A DNA stretch of 64,000 bases. Source: an uncultured Bacilli bacterium (GTDB lineage: Bacteria > Bacillota_I > Bacilli_A > RF39 > UBA660). This document shows positions 21,028 to 30,362 of the stretch, piece by piece. Each line of letters begins with the position of its first letter. Position 1 is the stretch's first letter. The position numbers and the translations under genes were made by a program. The notes beneath the pieces are model-generated. The model saw only the letters and a program-made list of their open reading frames with translations. It was not told the origin of the DNA and did not search any database. The stretch spans positions 46,592 to 110,591 of the forward strand of contig CAKOSZ010000001.1 of NCBI GenBank assembly GCA_934119955.1. The letters are read 5' to 3'.

Positions 21028-21312
21028 TTTTTGCTCCTTTCTAATAAGTAATTTTAATAATAAAAATATTTAAGTTTTATAATTTTTTCTCATATTTACC
21101 TCCCAAATATAATATAAAAGATTAGTAAATGTTAGAAAAAAATTTTTTTATTTTTTAAAAGCCTTATTATATAAGGGTTTGAGAAAACTAAAATGTGAAA
21201 CTTGTTCACATTTAAAAAAATAAAGTTAATTTAATACTTTCTTTATTCAAAAATATACAATTTGTCAATTTTAAAATGCTATGTTATAATTACATATATT
21301 GGAGATGATTTT

Positions 21313-21645
21313 ATGGCTAAATATTGTACTAATTGCGGAAATGAGTTAAAAAAAAATGCTGATGTTTGTTTAAATTGTGGTAAATTAGTAGATAAAAATG
21401 ATAAAGTCTTACCTACTACTAAAAGTAAAATTGCTGCTGGGTTATTTGGTATTTTTCTTGGTTGTTTTGGAGTTCATAATTTTTATTTAGGATATGTAGC
21501 AAAAGCCTTAACTCAATTATTATTAACAATTTTTTCTTGTTTTTTATTATCACCCATAATAGCAATTTGGGGATTTATCGAAGGTATTTTAATTCTTTGT
21601 GGAGTAATAGATAAAGATAGTCAAGGACATAAATTAAGTGATTAA
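21313..21645 (+). CDS. Zinc-ribbon / TM2 domain membrane protein
   Basis: CTNCGNEL...CLNCGK zinc ribbon followed by TM2 motif GVHNFYLG. GGAGATGA RBS; the ORF extends upstream without an RBS. Confidence 0.6.
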   Translation: MAKYCTNCGNELKKNADVCLNCGKLVDKNDKVLPTTKSKIAAGLFGIFLGCFGVHNFYLGYVAKALTQLLLTIFSCFLLSPIIAIWGFIEGILILCGVIDKDSQGHKLSD

Positions 21646-21677
21646 AAAATTCATATCGTCATAAGATATGAATTTTT

Positions 21678-22463
21678 TTAACCTAACAAAACATCTAAAA
21701 GCATCATTATAATAAAACCTAAAATAGTAAACATCGTTGTCATTTCCTTATTTTCATTAGTTTGACTTTCAGGAATTAATTCTTGTATTACTACATATAT
21801 CATTGCCCCAGCTGCAAATGATAATAAAAATGGTAAAATTGTTCTTATTTTTAAAACTAAAATTGCTCCTATAATTGCTGATATTGGTTCAACTATTCCA
21901 CTTAACATTCCATATACAAAAGATTTTCCTCTTGAATATCCTTCTCTTCTAAGCGGAACAGATATAGACATTCCTTCTGGTAAATTTTGAATACCTATTC
22001 CCATTGCAAGCGACCAAGCCGAGATAATAGTTGCTCCTGGTAGGCCATATAAAGTTGAACCAAAAGATGTTCCTATTGCTAAACCTTCTGGAATATTATG
22101 AAGTGTAATTGATATAATCAACATCAAAGTTCTTTTAAAACCTTTTTTGCCATCAATTACTTTATTCATAATTTTATCACCTACAAAAAGTAACAAACCA
22201 CCAAGTATTATTCCCCCAGCAACTGGTAATAAAATACTTTTATTCATACTTTTTAAACTCTCTATTGCTGGATTTAAAAGTGACCAAAAAGATGCTGCTA
22301 TCATAATGCCTGCTGAGGCCCCCAACATTGCATCTAAAATATTCTTATGAATTTTTTTAAAACAGAAAACAATGGCTGAACCAATCGAAGTAATTAACCA
22401 AGTAACTAAACTGGCAAGTAAAGCCTGTACTATTGGATTTAAACTAAAAATAAAATTAAACAT
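21678..22463 (-). CDS. ZIP family zinc/iron transporter (ZupT-like)
   Basis: HNIPEGLAIG and QNLPEGMSIS signature metal-binding helices. Eight TM architecture. Confidence 0.85.
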   Translation of the reverse strand: MFNFIFSLNPIVQALLASLVTWLITSIGSAIVFCFKKIHKNILDAMLGASAGIMIAASFWSLLNPAIESLKSMNKSILLPVAGGIILGGLLLFVGDKIMNKVIDGKKGFKRTLMLIISITLHNIPEGLAIGTSFGSTLYGLPGATIISAWSLAMGIGIQNLPEGMSISVPLRREGYSRGKSFVYGMLSGIVEPISAIIGAILVLKIRTILPFLLSFAAGAMIYVVIQELIPESQTNENKEMTTMFTILGFIIMMLLDVLLG

Positions 22464-22509
22464 ACTTCCTCCTTTAATTAGTCTATGAAATATGTTTAAT
22501 CTTGTATAG

Positions 22510-23442
22510 TTATTTATTTAATGGTAAACCAGTTCCATATGATAAATTTTCAAATAATAAATCTAAATCTACTTCTTTATTATTAAAAATATAATCATAT
22601 AATAAATTTATTTTAATAACAGTCTTATTAACTACCTCATCATATAAATCAATTATACTTTTATTACTAGTAATATTCTTATTATCTAAATAATGCCAAG
22701 GAACATGATTTAAATTTAAATAATCAATTGTTTTATCTAGGGGAAAATTATATGATAAATAACGAATATCACGAAAACATCTTTTAGTAATTACATTTAA
22801 AATATTATAAATATATCTTTTTATTTTGTAAGGATCATATCTAAATACTTTAAAAAATAATTTCATTTCCTGTAAAGATTTATAATAATATGTTCCTATA
22901 TTTTTAATATCAAAGACATTCTCTATTGATTTATTTAACAAATTAATAACATCTAAATTTTTTTTAGCATTAAAACAAAAATTATAACCTTTAAATTTCT
23001 TGTAATCTAAATTATGTTTAGAAATATAATAATTATCAAAATAGGTTTCAAGGAAAAAATGATTATCTTTTCTTTCTAAAAATTTCTTATTTAAAAGTTC
23101 TGCTTTATATTCTACATAAGGATGAATTGTACTATCTGCCATATAATGAGTAAATAAACCTACTAAATAATTAAATTGATTAATGTTTTTAGTTGATTTA
23201 ACTTGTTTAGTTAAACTTAAAAAGAAATCATTTGTTTTTTCATGATGAATAGTTCTACCTAAATCTTGAATAGTTCTAGCCTTTTTAGTAAATGGGAACA
23301 CAATGTGATAAAAGTAAAAGATATCTGGACCTTGACTATATGTTTTATAATCTTCTAAATTAACGATATTTTTAACTTTTTTATCTAAATTATTAAATAT
23401 ATCTATGGCAAGATAGGCATGTGTAATACTTGATGGCATCAT
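22510..23442 (-). CDS. Zinc-dependent phospholipase C-like family protein (putative)
   Basis: N-terminus MPSSITHAYLAIDIF resembles the conserved start of clostridial 'zinc dependent phospholipase C family' proteins. Start overlaps the ctpA stop. Confidence 0.4.
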   Translation of the reverse strand: MMPSSITHAYLAIDIFNNLDKKVKNIVNLEDYKTYSQGPDIFYFYHIVFPFTKKARTIQDLGRTIHHEKTNDFFLSLTKQVKSTKNINQFNYLVGLFTHYMADSTIHPYVEYKAELLNKKFLERKDNHFFLETYFDNYYISKHNLDYKKFKGYNFCFNAKKNLDVINLLNKSIENVFDIKNIGTYYYKSLQEMKLFFKVFRYDPYKIKRYIYNILNVITKRCFRDIRYLSYNFPLDKTIDYLNLNHVPWHYLDNKNITSNKSIIDLYDEVVNKTVIKINLLYDYIFNNKEVDLDLLFENLSYGTGLPLNK

Positions 23443-24677
23443 TCACCTGTTAATAAAGCAAGAGCAGTTTTTAGTTGACTATCATATTCATTTTCGGTAT
23501 CACTTGCTACAAAAGAAGCAACATGATCTGGTTCCATTCCCTTACCACCTAAGGACTTACCACTTGGAGTTAACCATTCTTGGAAAGTAAATTTAATAGA
23601 TGTTCCATTACTTAAATCTTGGGTCTTTTGAACTTTACTTTTTCCATAAGTAGTAGTTCCTACAATATATGCTTTATAAGTTTCTTTCATACAAGATGCT
23701 AAAACTTCACTTGCTGAGGCAGATCCTCCATTTACTAAAACAGCAACTTTATAATCTCTTTTTTCATCAGTTTTATCATATATTTTTTCTATTTCATCTT
23801 TGGTTTTTAATTGATAAATTACTTCTCCTTTTTTAACAAATAATGATAAAATATCTGTTACAGTTGTTAAATATCCCCCGCTATTACCTCTTACATCAAT
23901 AACTAAACTATCAATACCATCATGTTCTATTTTTTCTAATTCAGTTTTAAATTGATTAGCCGAATTCGCAGCAAATAAACTAATTGTTATTACCCCTACT
24001 TTTTTATTATTATATTCTATAATATTGGATGTAACTGATTGGATATCAATACTCTTTCTTTTTGTCTCAAATGTTTTTTCTTCTTCATTTCTTAAAACGG
24101 TTATTTTAACCTTAGTTCCTTCTTTTCCTTTTACAAGTTTTGATATTTCAGTTAATTTCATATTTTCTATCTTAGTACCATCTACTTTTACTAAAATATC
24201 CCCATTACGAATACCAGCATCATAAGCAGGACCATCTTCATAAACATCTTTAAACTCCACTTTCCCATCTGTATACATTATTATTTCCGTTCCAATTCCA
24301 ACATACTCACCACTTACTTTTTCATTAAAAGCAGTAGTTGTATCTTTATCCATATAAACAGAATAAGGATCTCCTAAATAACTAATCATTCCTTTAACAC
24401 CTGCTTCAAGTAACTCTTGGGCTGGAATTTCTTCATAATATTCATTTAATACTTCGGTGTAAGTATTTAAAAATTCATTTAATTCTTTCTTAATACCAGT
24501 ATTTAAAGAACCTTTTTTATACATTAAAACGCCACCTAAAAGCATACCAAAAATACTTGCTATAATCATTAAAGCAACTACTTCCATAAAATTATATTTA
24601 TTATTTTTAGAAACAAACTTAAAAGTCTTCTTTAATTTTTGTTTTGTATTACTTAATATATTTTTTATTCTTTCCAT
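23439..24677 (-). CDS. S41 family C-terminal processing peptidase (CtpA-like) with PDZ domain
   Basis: N-terminal TM anchor, PDZ segment (GDILVKVDG) and S41 catalytic region (LVIDVRGNSGGYL, GSASASEVLA). Confidence 0.85.
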   Translation of the reverse strand: MERIKNILSNTKQKLKKTFKFVSKNNKYNFMEVVALMIIASIFGMLLGGVLMYKKGSLNTGIKKELNEFLNTYTEVLNEYYEEIPAQELLEAGVKGMISYLGDPYSVYMDKDTTTAFNEKVSGEYVGIGTEIIMYTDGKVEFKDVYEDGPAYDAGIRNGDILVKVDGTKIENMKLTEISKLVKGKEGTKVKITVLRNEEEKTFETKRKSIDIQSVTSNIIEYNNKKVGVITISLFAANSANQFKTELEKIEHDGIDSLVIDVRGNSGGYLTTVTDILSLFVKKGEVIYQLKTKDEIEKIYDKTDEKRDYKVAVLVNGGSASASEVLASCMKETYKAYIVGTTTYGKSKVQKTQDLSNGTSIKFTFQEWLTPSGKSLGGKGMEPDHVASFVASDTENEYDSQLKTALALLTGE

Positions 24678-24807
24678 AATCTCTCCCTATAAATTATATT
24701 ATTATCATACCACATTTTGCTAATTAATTAAATGAAATTTAGGTGAAATATTTTACAAATATTAAATTATATGATATAATAAGCAAGAATTTTTTTGGAG
24801 GAATTGT

Positions 24808-25209
24808 ATGAATAATAATGATAGTATTAATATTAAAGAAGAAAAATTAACTAAATTATTTTCTTATATTTTAAACACTGGTTTTTCTACTATTAAACCA
24901 GAACTTAAAAGTAAATGGTATGATACTCTTATTAATGACTTAAATAATGAAGAAATAGATATTAATTACCAACTTGCTAACTTTTTAGCCGCTTCTCTTA
25001 TTATGCTTAAATTAAGTAATAATGAAAGTATTGAAGATACCTATGATTTAATTGATATTCAAAGTCATCAATGTGTATTTAATGATTTAATTTTAACTGG
25101 TTGGCAAAACTACTATATAACTAAGTTAATAACAAGATTTCATGAACGTGGTATTGAATTTTCAAATTATCGCAGTCAAAAAATAAAAACAAAACAAAAG
25201 GCTATTTAA
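24808..25209 (+). CDS. Hypothetical protein
   Basis: 133 aa, GGAGG RBS, no motif. Confidence 0.4.
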   Translation: MNNNDSINIKEEKLTKLFSYILNTGFSTIKPELKSKWYDTLINDLNNEEIDINYQLANFLAASLIMLKLSNNESIEDTYDLIDIQSHQCVFNDLILTGWQNYYITKLITRFHERGIEFSNYRSQKIKTKQKAI

Positions 25210-25235
25210 GAATTTTAGTTCTTAAATAACCTTTT

Positions 25236-26675
25236 TTATTTTTCTGTTACTAAATCTAAATCACTACTATATCTTAATACTTTACTATAATAGTCTTTAT
25301 TATTACTATTAAATAAACCATGACGACTATTAGAATAACCTACTACTATATAATCAGTTGTATTATTAATTGTACTAGCCGTATCCGGAATTGCTACAAT
25401 TATATCATTTAAAATATCGTTTTTCTTACCACCATATACTTTATGATTTAACATTTTACCATCATAATCATATTCAATTATAAAAGACTCAGTCATATTT
25501 TCTTTATATTTTAAACCATCTAATTTAATATCACTTGATTTAGTATAACCAACTGTAACTATTTTATTATCAAGTAAAATCAAGGAATTAAATCTATCAT
25601 CATTATTACCACCAAGAGTAATTTTATCTAATAATTCTCCATTTAAATCATAAATAAAGATACAAGCATCATATTTAAATAAAGTTTTCCCTTCTTCATT
25701 TTTCTCATTTGAAACATTATAACTTGAAGCAATATATAATTTATCATCTTTTAATTTAATATCAGTAAAACCAACTGCATCTGTATTAGCATAATTTTTA
25801 ACCCAAAGACGATTACCTTCTTTATCAAATTTAACAAGCATACCATAGTTACTAGCATCTTTACCACAAACAATATAACCATCAGTAACCATTACTATAC
25901 TTCCAAAAATACCTGATTTGTTACCACCAAAATTATTAGACCAAAGAATATTACCATCAAAATCATATTTAACAATAATACCTCCTCCATTTTGATGATT
26001 ACCTATTTCCATATTTTCATAAATACTTTGACCAATAGCAATAAAACCATCATCAACTACTAAAACTTTTTTAAATTCAGTATCACCTAAAACTTGATAA
26101 TTTTTACTCCATAAGAAATTACCATCTAAATCATACTTAGCAATTAAACCATCTCTTGTATTTAAACTAAGTTGTTTTTCTTCATAAACATAACTTCCAA
26201 CAGCAATAAAACCATCACTAACTTTACTAGCATCATAAAAACATGAATCATAATCACTTACAAAAGTCTTTTCAAAAATAACATTTAATTCTTTATCAAG
26301 TTTTACTAATTTAGCCTTTTCAGCATAAATAGTTTGAGTTTCTTTATCATTTTTATATTCATAAGTTTTCATTTCATTATAACGACTATGTTTAAAATTA
26401 CTAGAGCCTGCTACAATATAATAAGAATCATCAACATTTGAAATATTATAATAAGCATCTATATAAGTTAACTTATTTTCTCTTGTAATATGCATAACTA
26501 ACATAACAATAAGTTCAATACTTACAATAGTTAAACATAATAACCCAATTAATTTGGCTTTTCTTTTAAAAGATATACTATCTATATTTTTATCTTTTTT
26601 ATCTTTTTTAATCTTTTCTACTTTTTCTTTTTTATTTTTAATTTTCTTATTATCTTTTTTATTCACTTTACTCAC
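25236..26675 (-). CDS. Membrane-anchored beta-propeller repeat (SBBP-like) protein
   Basis: K-rich cytoplasmic tail and one TM helix. About 6 repeats of D.DGN.LWSKN..G....G.....DG(F/Y)I.(V/C)G. Confidence 0.5.
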   Translation of the reverse strand: MSKVNKKDNKKIKNKKEKVEKIKKDKKDKNIDSISFKRKAKLIGLLCLTIVSIELIVMLVMHITRENKLTYIDAYYNISNVDDSYYIVAGSSNFKHSRYNEMKTYEYKNDKETQTIYAEKAKLVKLDKELNVIFEKTFVSDYDSCFYDASKVSDGFIAVGSYVYEEKQLSLNTRDGLIAKYDLDGNFLWSKNYQVLGDTEFKKVLVVDDGFIAIGQSIYENMEIGNHQNGGGIIVKYDFDGNILWSNNFGGNKSGIFGSIVMVTDGYIVCGKDASNYGMLVKFDKEGNRLWVKNYANTDAVGFTDIKLKDDKLYIASSYNVSNEKNEEGKTLFKYDACIFIYDLNGELLDKITLGGNNDDRFNSLILLDNKIVTVGYTKSSDIKLDGLKYKENMTESFIIEYDYDGKMLNHKVYGGKKNDILNDIIVAIPDTASTINNTTDYIVVGYSNSRHGLFNSNNKDYYSKVLRYSSDLDLVTEK

Positions 26676-26711
26676 CTTAATAAGAATAACACATTTTTAA
26701 TAATTTAACAA

Positions 26712-27938
26712 TTACTTATGTATAATAACATAATATTTCTTTTTACCTTTTCTAATAATAGTAAATTTATTATCAATAGCATTTTCACGTTTTACAACAA
26801 ATTCTAAATCATTTACTTTATCCCCATTAATAGAAATTGAATTATTTGTTATAAATTCTCTGGCTTCTCTTTTACTAGATGTTATGTTAGCATCTACTAA
26901 TAAATCTACTAAGTTAGTATCATTATCTATTTCATAACTATCCATTGATTTAGAAGCATCTAAAAGTTCATCATGAGATAATTCTTTAATGTTTCCTTTA
27001 AATAAAGCATCACTTATATGAACTGCTTTTAAGTATTCATCATGCCCATGTAAAAAGGTAATAATTTCTTCGGCTAGTTTTTTATGAGCAAGTCTTAAAT
27101 GAGGTTCATTTTTATTAACTTCTTCGTATTTTTCAATTTCTTCTTTGGTTAAGAAAGTATAAATTTTTAAATAATCAATTACCATACTATCTTCAACATT
27201 TACTAAGAATTGATATAATTCATATGATGAAGTTTTATTTTTATCAAGCCATAAAGCATTTCCTTCACTTTTACCAAATTTAACTCCTCTACTATCAGTT
27301 ACAAGTGGCATAGTAAAAGCATAGACAGTATCACCAGTTGCTTTTTTAATTAAATCAACTCCGGCTGTAATATTTCCCCATTGATCAGATCCTGCTACTT
27401 GTAAATCAACTCCATAATTTTCATGTAAATATTTAAAATCAAGTGCTTGTAAAATCATATAAGAAAATTCTGTAAAAGAAATTCCACTTTCAAGTCTTCT
27501 TCTAATAGTATCTTTATCTAGCATGTAGTTAATTGTAAAATATTTACCATAATCTCTTAAAAAATCAATCATATTAATATCTTTATACCAATCAAGATTA
27601 TTAACTACTTTAAAGCCAAAAATATCTTCAACTTGTTTTCTTAATCCCAAATAATTTTTTTCAATTACTTCTCTTGGAGTTCTATCTCTTTCACAAGTTG
27701 CCTTTGGATCACCGATTAAACCAGTTCCTCCTCCTACTAATAAAATAGGATTATGACCAGCATCTTTAAGTCGTTTAGTAATTAAAAAACTAGATAAATG
27801 ACCAATATGCATACTATCAGCAGTTGGATCAGTTCCAATATAAAATGTTAAACCTCCCTTATTAAGTTTTTCTTCAAGTTCAGGACTAGTAATATCTTTA
27901 ATAAGTCCTCTCCATTTTAATTCTTCAAATAAAGTCAT
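26712..27938 (-). CDS. tyrS: Tyrosine--tRNA ligase
   Basis: HIGH motif (SMHIGHL), KMSKS-type KFGKS, and C-terminal S4-like domain. Confidence 0.95.
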   Translation of the reverse strand: MTLFEELKWRGLIKDITSPELEEKLNKGGLTFYIGTDPTADSMHIGHLSSFLITKRLKDAGHNPILLVGGGTGLIGDPKATCERDRTPREVIEKNYLGLRKQVEDIFGFKVVNNLDWYKDINMIDFLRDYGKYFTINYMLDKDTIRRRLESGISFTEFSYMILQALDFKYLHENYGVDLQVAGSDQWGNITAGVDLIKKATGDTVYAFTMPLVTDSRGVKFGKSEGNALWLDKNKTSSYELYQFLVNVEDSMVIDYLKIYTFLTKEEIEKYEEVNKNEPHLRLAHKKLAEEIITFLHGHDEYLKAVHISDALFKGNIKELSHDELLDASKSMDSYEIDNDTNLVDLLVDANITSSKREAREFITNNSISINGDKVNDLEFVVKRENAIDNKFTIIRKGKKKYYVIIHK

Positions 27939-28195
27939 TTTTTCCTCCTATAAAAAAACATTACAAACTAAGGACGAAATAACCGTGGTACCACCTTATT
28001 TTGTAATGAATTACACTTATTACGATAACGCGTTTAGCGATTTAACTCCATTTAGGTAATTTCCATATTAAACCGATTAGTTTCCACCACCCACTAACTC
28101 TCTAAACCAAATTTAATACTTAAAACTAAATTTCTTTGTTAAATATGACTATATAATAACATATTTATTTAAAATTGCAAATAGTTTTTTTAATA
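27939..28195 (-). promoter_or_regulatory. T-box riboswitch leader of tyrS
   Basis: Minus-strand RNA contains AGAGAGUUAGUGGGUGGUGGAAAC stem I start, T-box sequence AAGGUGGUACCACGG (plus-strand aaccgtggtaccacctt at 27981-27997), and a U-run before the AGGAGG RBS. Confidence 0.75.
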
Positions 28196-28233
28196 AAAAT
28201 GGAATTTTAATTTATCTATTTAAACTAAAAGTA

Positions 28234-29937
28234 TTATTCTGCACTTATAATATAAGGATCATTTATACTTCCTGTTCCAGATATAATATTCGTTTGGGAT
28301 CCAAGACTTAAGACTGGACGAAGAGCGTCATAGCTATCAGGATCCGGCCAGCCTAAGTCAATGCCGTAGCGCCAGTCAGCCGCCCCCACGGAAAGCCCAG
28401 CAATAGGAGAAAGAAGCCAGAAAGCTGCTTGATCATTTAGCATCCAATTATTATAATTTTTATTTGCATAAACTGCTAAAACTTGATCCCCCCAACCACT
28501 TGGAATTCTTGCATATCCTAAATCACTTGGATATAATAAAGCAATTTTTCCATTCCATGTTGCTTGATTATTTTCTATTATATTACTCTCATCTCTTTCC
28601 ATTGCATATATTTCTTTTAATGTTCCATCATCTAATCCACCTAAATAATATTTCATATTCTCAATTAAATTACTATTTTCTAAACTATTTAAATAATTTT
28701 CATTTAAGTAATACATACTTACTGCTTTTGTCCAATCGTTATAATTCGTTTCTACACTTGATGGGTTATTCCAATAAAAATATTTATATTTTGTTCCTGT
28801 AACTTCTGTATTAAATACTTGATAAGTAATATTATCTTTTGTAATAGTCGCTGGCACTTCTGTACTTAAACTAATTGGTTCATCTTTTACTAGTTTTATT
28901 CTTTCAGCCTTTTCCCCATTTGCATTTTCTTCATTAAATATCCCCACTATTCTCCAAGTCTCATTATTAAATGTTACATAATTTCTTATTCCACTATCTG
29001 TTGGTATTGTTTGATTATTCTTTATACTTATAGTTGTTCCTCCAATATCAGTGCATGTCTTACCCATTATGTCAAACAAATCATTGTCTTCTGTTACAAC
29101 AAATTCTACATCACCTGATACATAACATGCTGTTTGAGGACAAGTATTACCTGAAACAGATATATTATAATCATTTGTTCCATCTGTATATGTACAATAA
29201 TTTCCTATTCCAGAATAACGATATTCTCTTATTGTTCCACCTGTTGTTGCTAGATCACCATCTGTGTTAACAGCCACAAGTCCATCTTGATTAGCACCAT
29301 TATATCTATTTTTTACTGTTTCAACAAAATTTGTTGGTGCTTCATATTTTCCATTTACATTTACTTTTATACTTGCAAATAAGTTTGACCAATCAGTTAA
29401 ATTATAGTCACAATTATCTGTTATATCTCCACTACATATATTAACACTTTCATCTATCCACATATATAATCTATATATTTTTGTTATTTTACTTGTTGTG
29501 TTTGCAGGTATTGTACTACTATATATTGTTGTATTATTAATATTTTCTATTGTTAATTTATCTTGTAAAATATTTTCTTGATTATTGTTAACTTCAACTA
29601 AACTAAATTTCAAGAATTTGTCTTCTATTCTTGTTTTATTTGCTTCTGTATCTCCATGAACTAATTCGATATTATAATTTACTCCATATTTTGTATGAGT
29701 ATTTTTTCCATCTATAGTAAATTCAAAATATTTAGTAGGATCATAAGTGCTACTTGGCATAGCACCTTCTATTTTAAATTCATTTGTTTCATTATAATGC
29801 ATATAGATGTCCCCTACTACAAGACTTGAATTATTAATACTTACCTTATTATAAGTAAAAAATGCAAATGATACTCCTATTGTTAATACTAAGATTGCTA
29901 TTACACTTAATACTATTATTAATTTTTTATTTTTCAT
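28234..29937 (-). CDS. Large secreted/surface-anchored protein (paralog A), N-terminal signal-anchor, Cys-containing extracellular region
   Basis: MKNKKLIIVLSVIAILVLTIGVSFAFF signal/TM. C-terminus ...RPVLSLGSQTNIISGTGSINDPYIIS shares a module with the 47683 gene. Confidence 0.5.
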   Translation of the reverse strand: MKNKKLIIVLSVIAILVLTIGVSFAFFTYNKVSINNSSLVVGDIYMHYNETNEFKIEGAMPSSTYDPTKYFEFTIDGKNTHTKYGVNYNIELVHGDTEANKTRIEDKFLKFSLVEVNNNQENILQDKLTIENINNTTIYSSTIPANTTSKITKIYRLYMWIDESVNICSGDITDNCDYNLTDWSNLFASIKVNVNGKYEAPTNFVETVKNRYNGANQDGLVAVNTDGDLATTGGTIREYRYSGIGNYCTYTDGTNDYNISVSGNTCPQTACYVSGDVEFVVTEDNDLFDIMGKTCTDIGGTTISIKNNQTIPTDSGIRNYVTFNNETWRIVGIFNEENANGEKAERIKLVKDEPISLSTEVPATITKDNITYQVFNTEVTGTKYKYFYWNNPSSVETNYNDWTKAVSMYYLNENYLNSLENSNLIENMKYYLGGLDDGTLKEIYAMERDESNIIENNQATWNGKIALLYPSDLGYARIPSGWGDQVLAVYANKNYNNWMLNDQAAFWLLSPIAGLSVGAADWRYGIDLGWPDPDSYDALRPVLSLGSQTNIISGTGSINDPYIISAE

Positions 29938-30162
29938 ACTTAACTCCTTTTCTTGAATAATTGCCCCTCTATTCTAATATAATTTTATTTTAACGTAGTT
30001 TTTATTTATTATAAAGTATTTTTATGTCTAAAAAAATCGTATTATGTGGACTATAAAAAAACATGATTAAGTTTACAGTTTATCTGTAATTTTTAGTAAT
30101 GTTTTTAAGTATCAATTATATATAATAATTCTTTACAAACTCTTTTACTTAGTTGGTTTTTC

Positions 30163-30246
30163 TTAGATATTTCTACCCCCCCCCCATGTAAAGTTTTGTA
30201 AAGTTAGAGTTTGATTAGTTGTAAAGCAATTATTTGGTTTATTCAT
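30163..30246 (-). CDS. Mini-ORF (27 codons, MNKPNNCFTTNQTLTLQNFTWGGGRNI) containing a G10 homopolymer; upstream ORF/leader peptide of surface locus A
   Basis: AAGGAG RBS 8 nt before the ATG. Conserved with the mini-ORF at 49740-49817. The G-run encodes the GGG tail. Confidence 0.4.
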   Translation of the reverse strand: MNKPNNCFTTNQTLTLQNFTWGGGRNI

Positions 30247-30272
30247 GAAAATCAACTCCTTATCATGTAAAA

Positions 30273-30301
30273 ATCATATCATGTTTTTATATATTTTTCA
30301 A
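30273..30301 (-). promoter_or_regulatory. Sigma-A-type promoter TTGAAA-17-TATGAT driving the mini-ORF/surface locus A
   Basis: Read on the minus strand: TTGAAA (30301-30296), 17-nt spacer, TATGAT (30278-30273). Confidence 0.55.
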
Positions 30302-30362
30302 GGGGTATTAGTTGCATTTTTATTAATTTTATGATATAATATGCGTACTTTGGGGGAATAAT

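Larger units (their letters stand above)
20056..21232. repeat. Left arm of ~1.15 kb inverted repeat (partner at 56693..57783)
   Basis: Gene plus ~200 bp of upstream leader are nearly identical in reverse complement to 56693-57783. Confidence 0.8.
30160..30301. repeat. ~140 bp dispersed direct repeat (partner at 49737..49872) containing promoter, mini-ORF and poly-C/G tract
   Basis: Blocks are highly similar by eye (manual alignment; several substitutions), including CCCCCCCCCC-ATGTAAAGTTTTGTAAAGTTAGAGTTTGATTAGTTGTAAAG. Confidence 0.8.

Noticed and set aside
30176-30185. Poly-C(10) and poly-C(11) at 49746-49756 as sequencing or assembly artefacts
   Set aside because: The two tracts sit in the same position of two independently located, otherwise near-identical elements, with coherent flanking promoter/RBS/ORF structure. 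A homopolymer artefact would not recur in this organised context, though the exact length call should be verified in reads.
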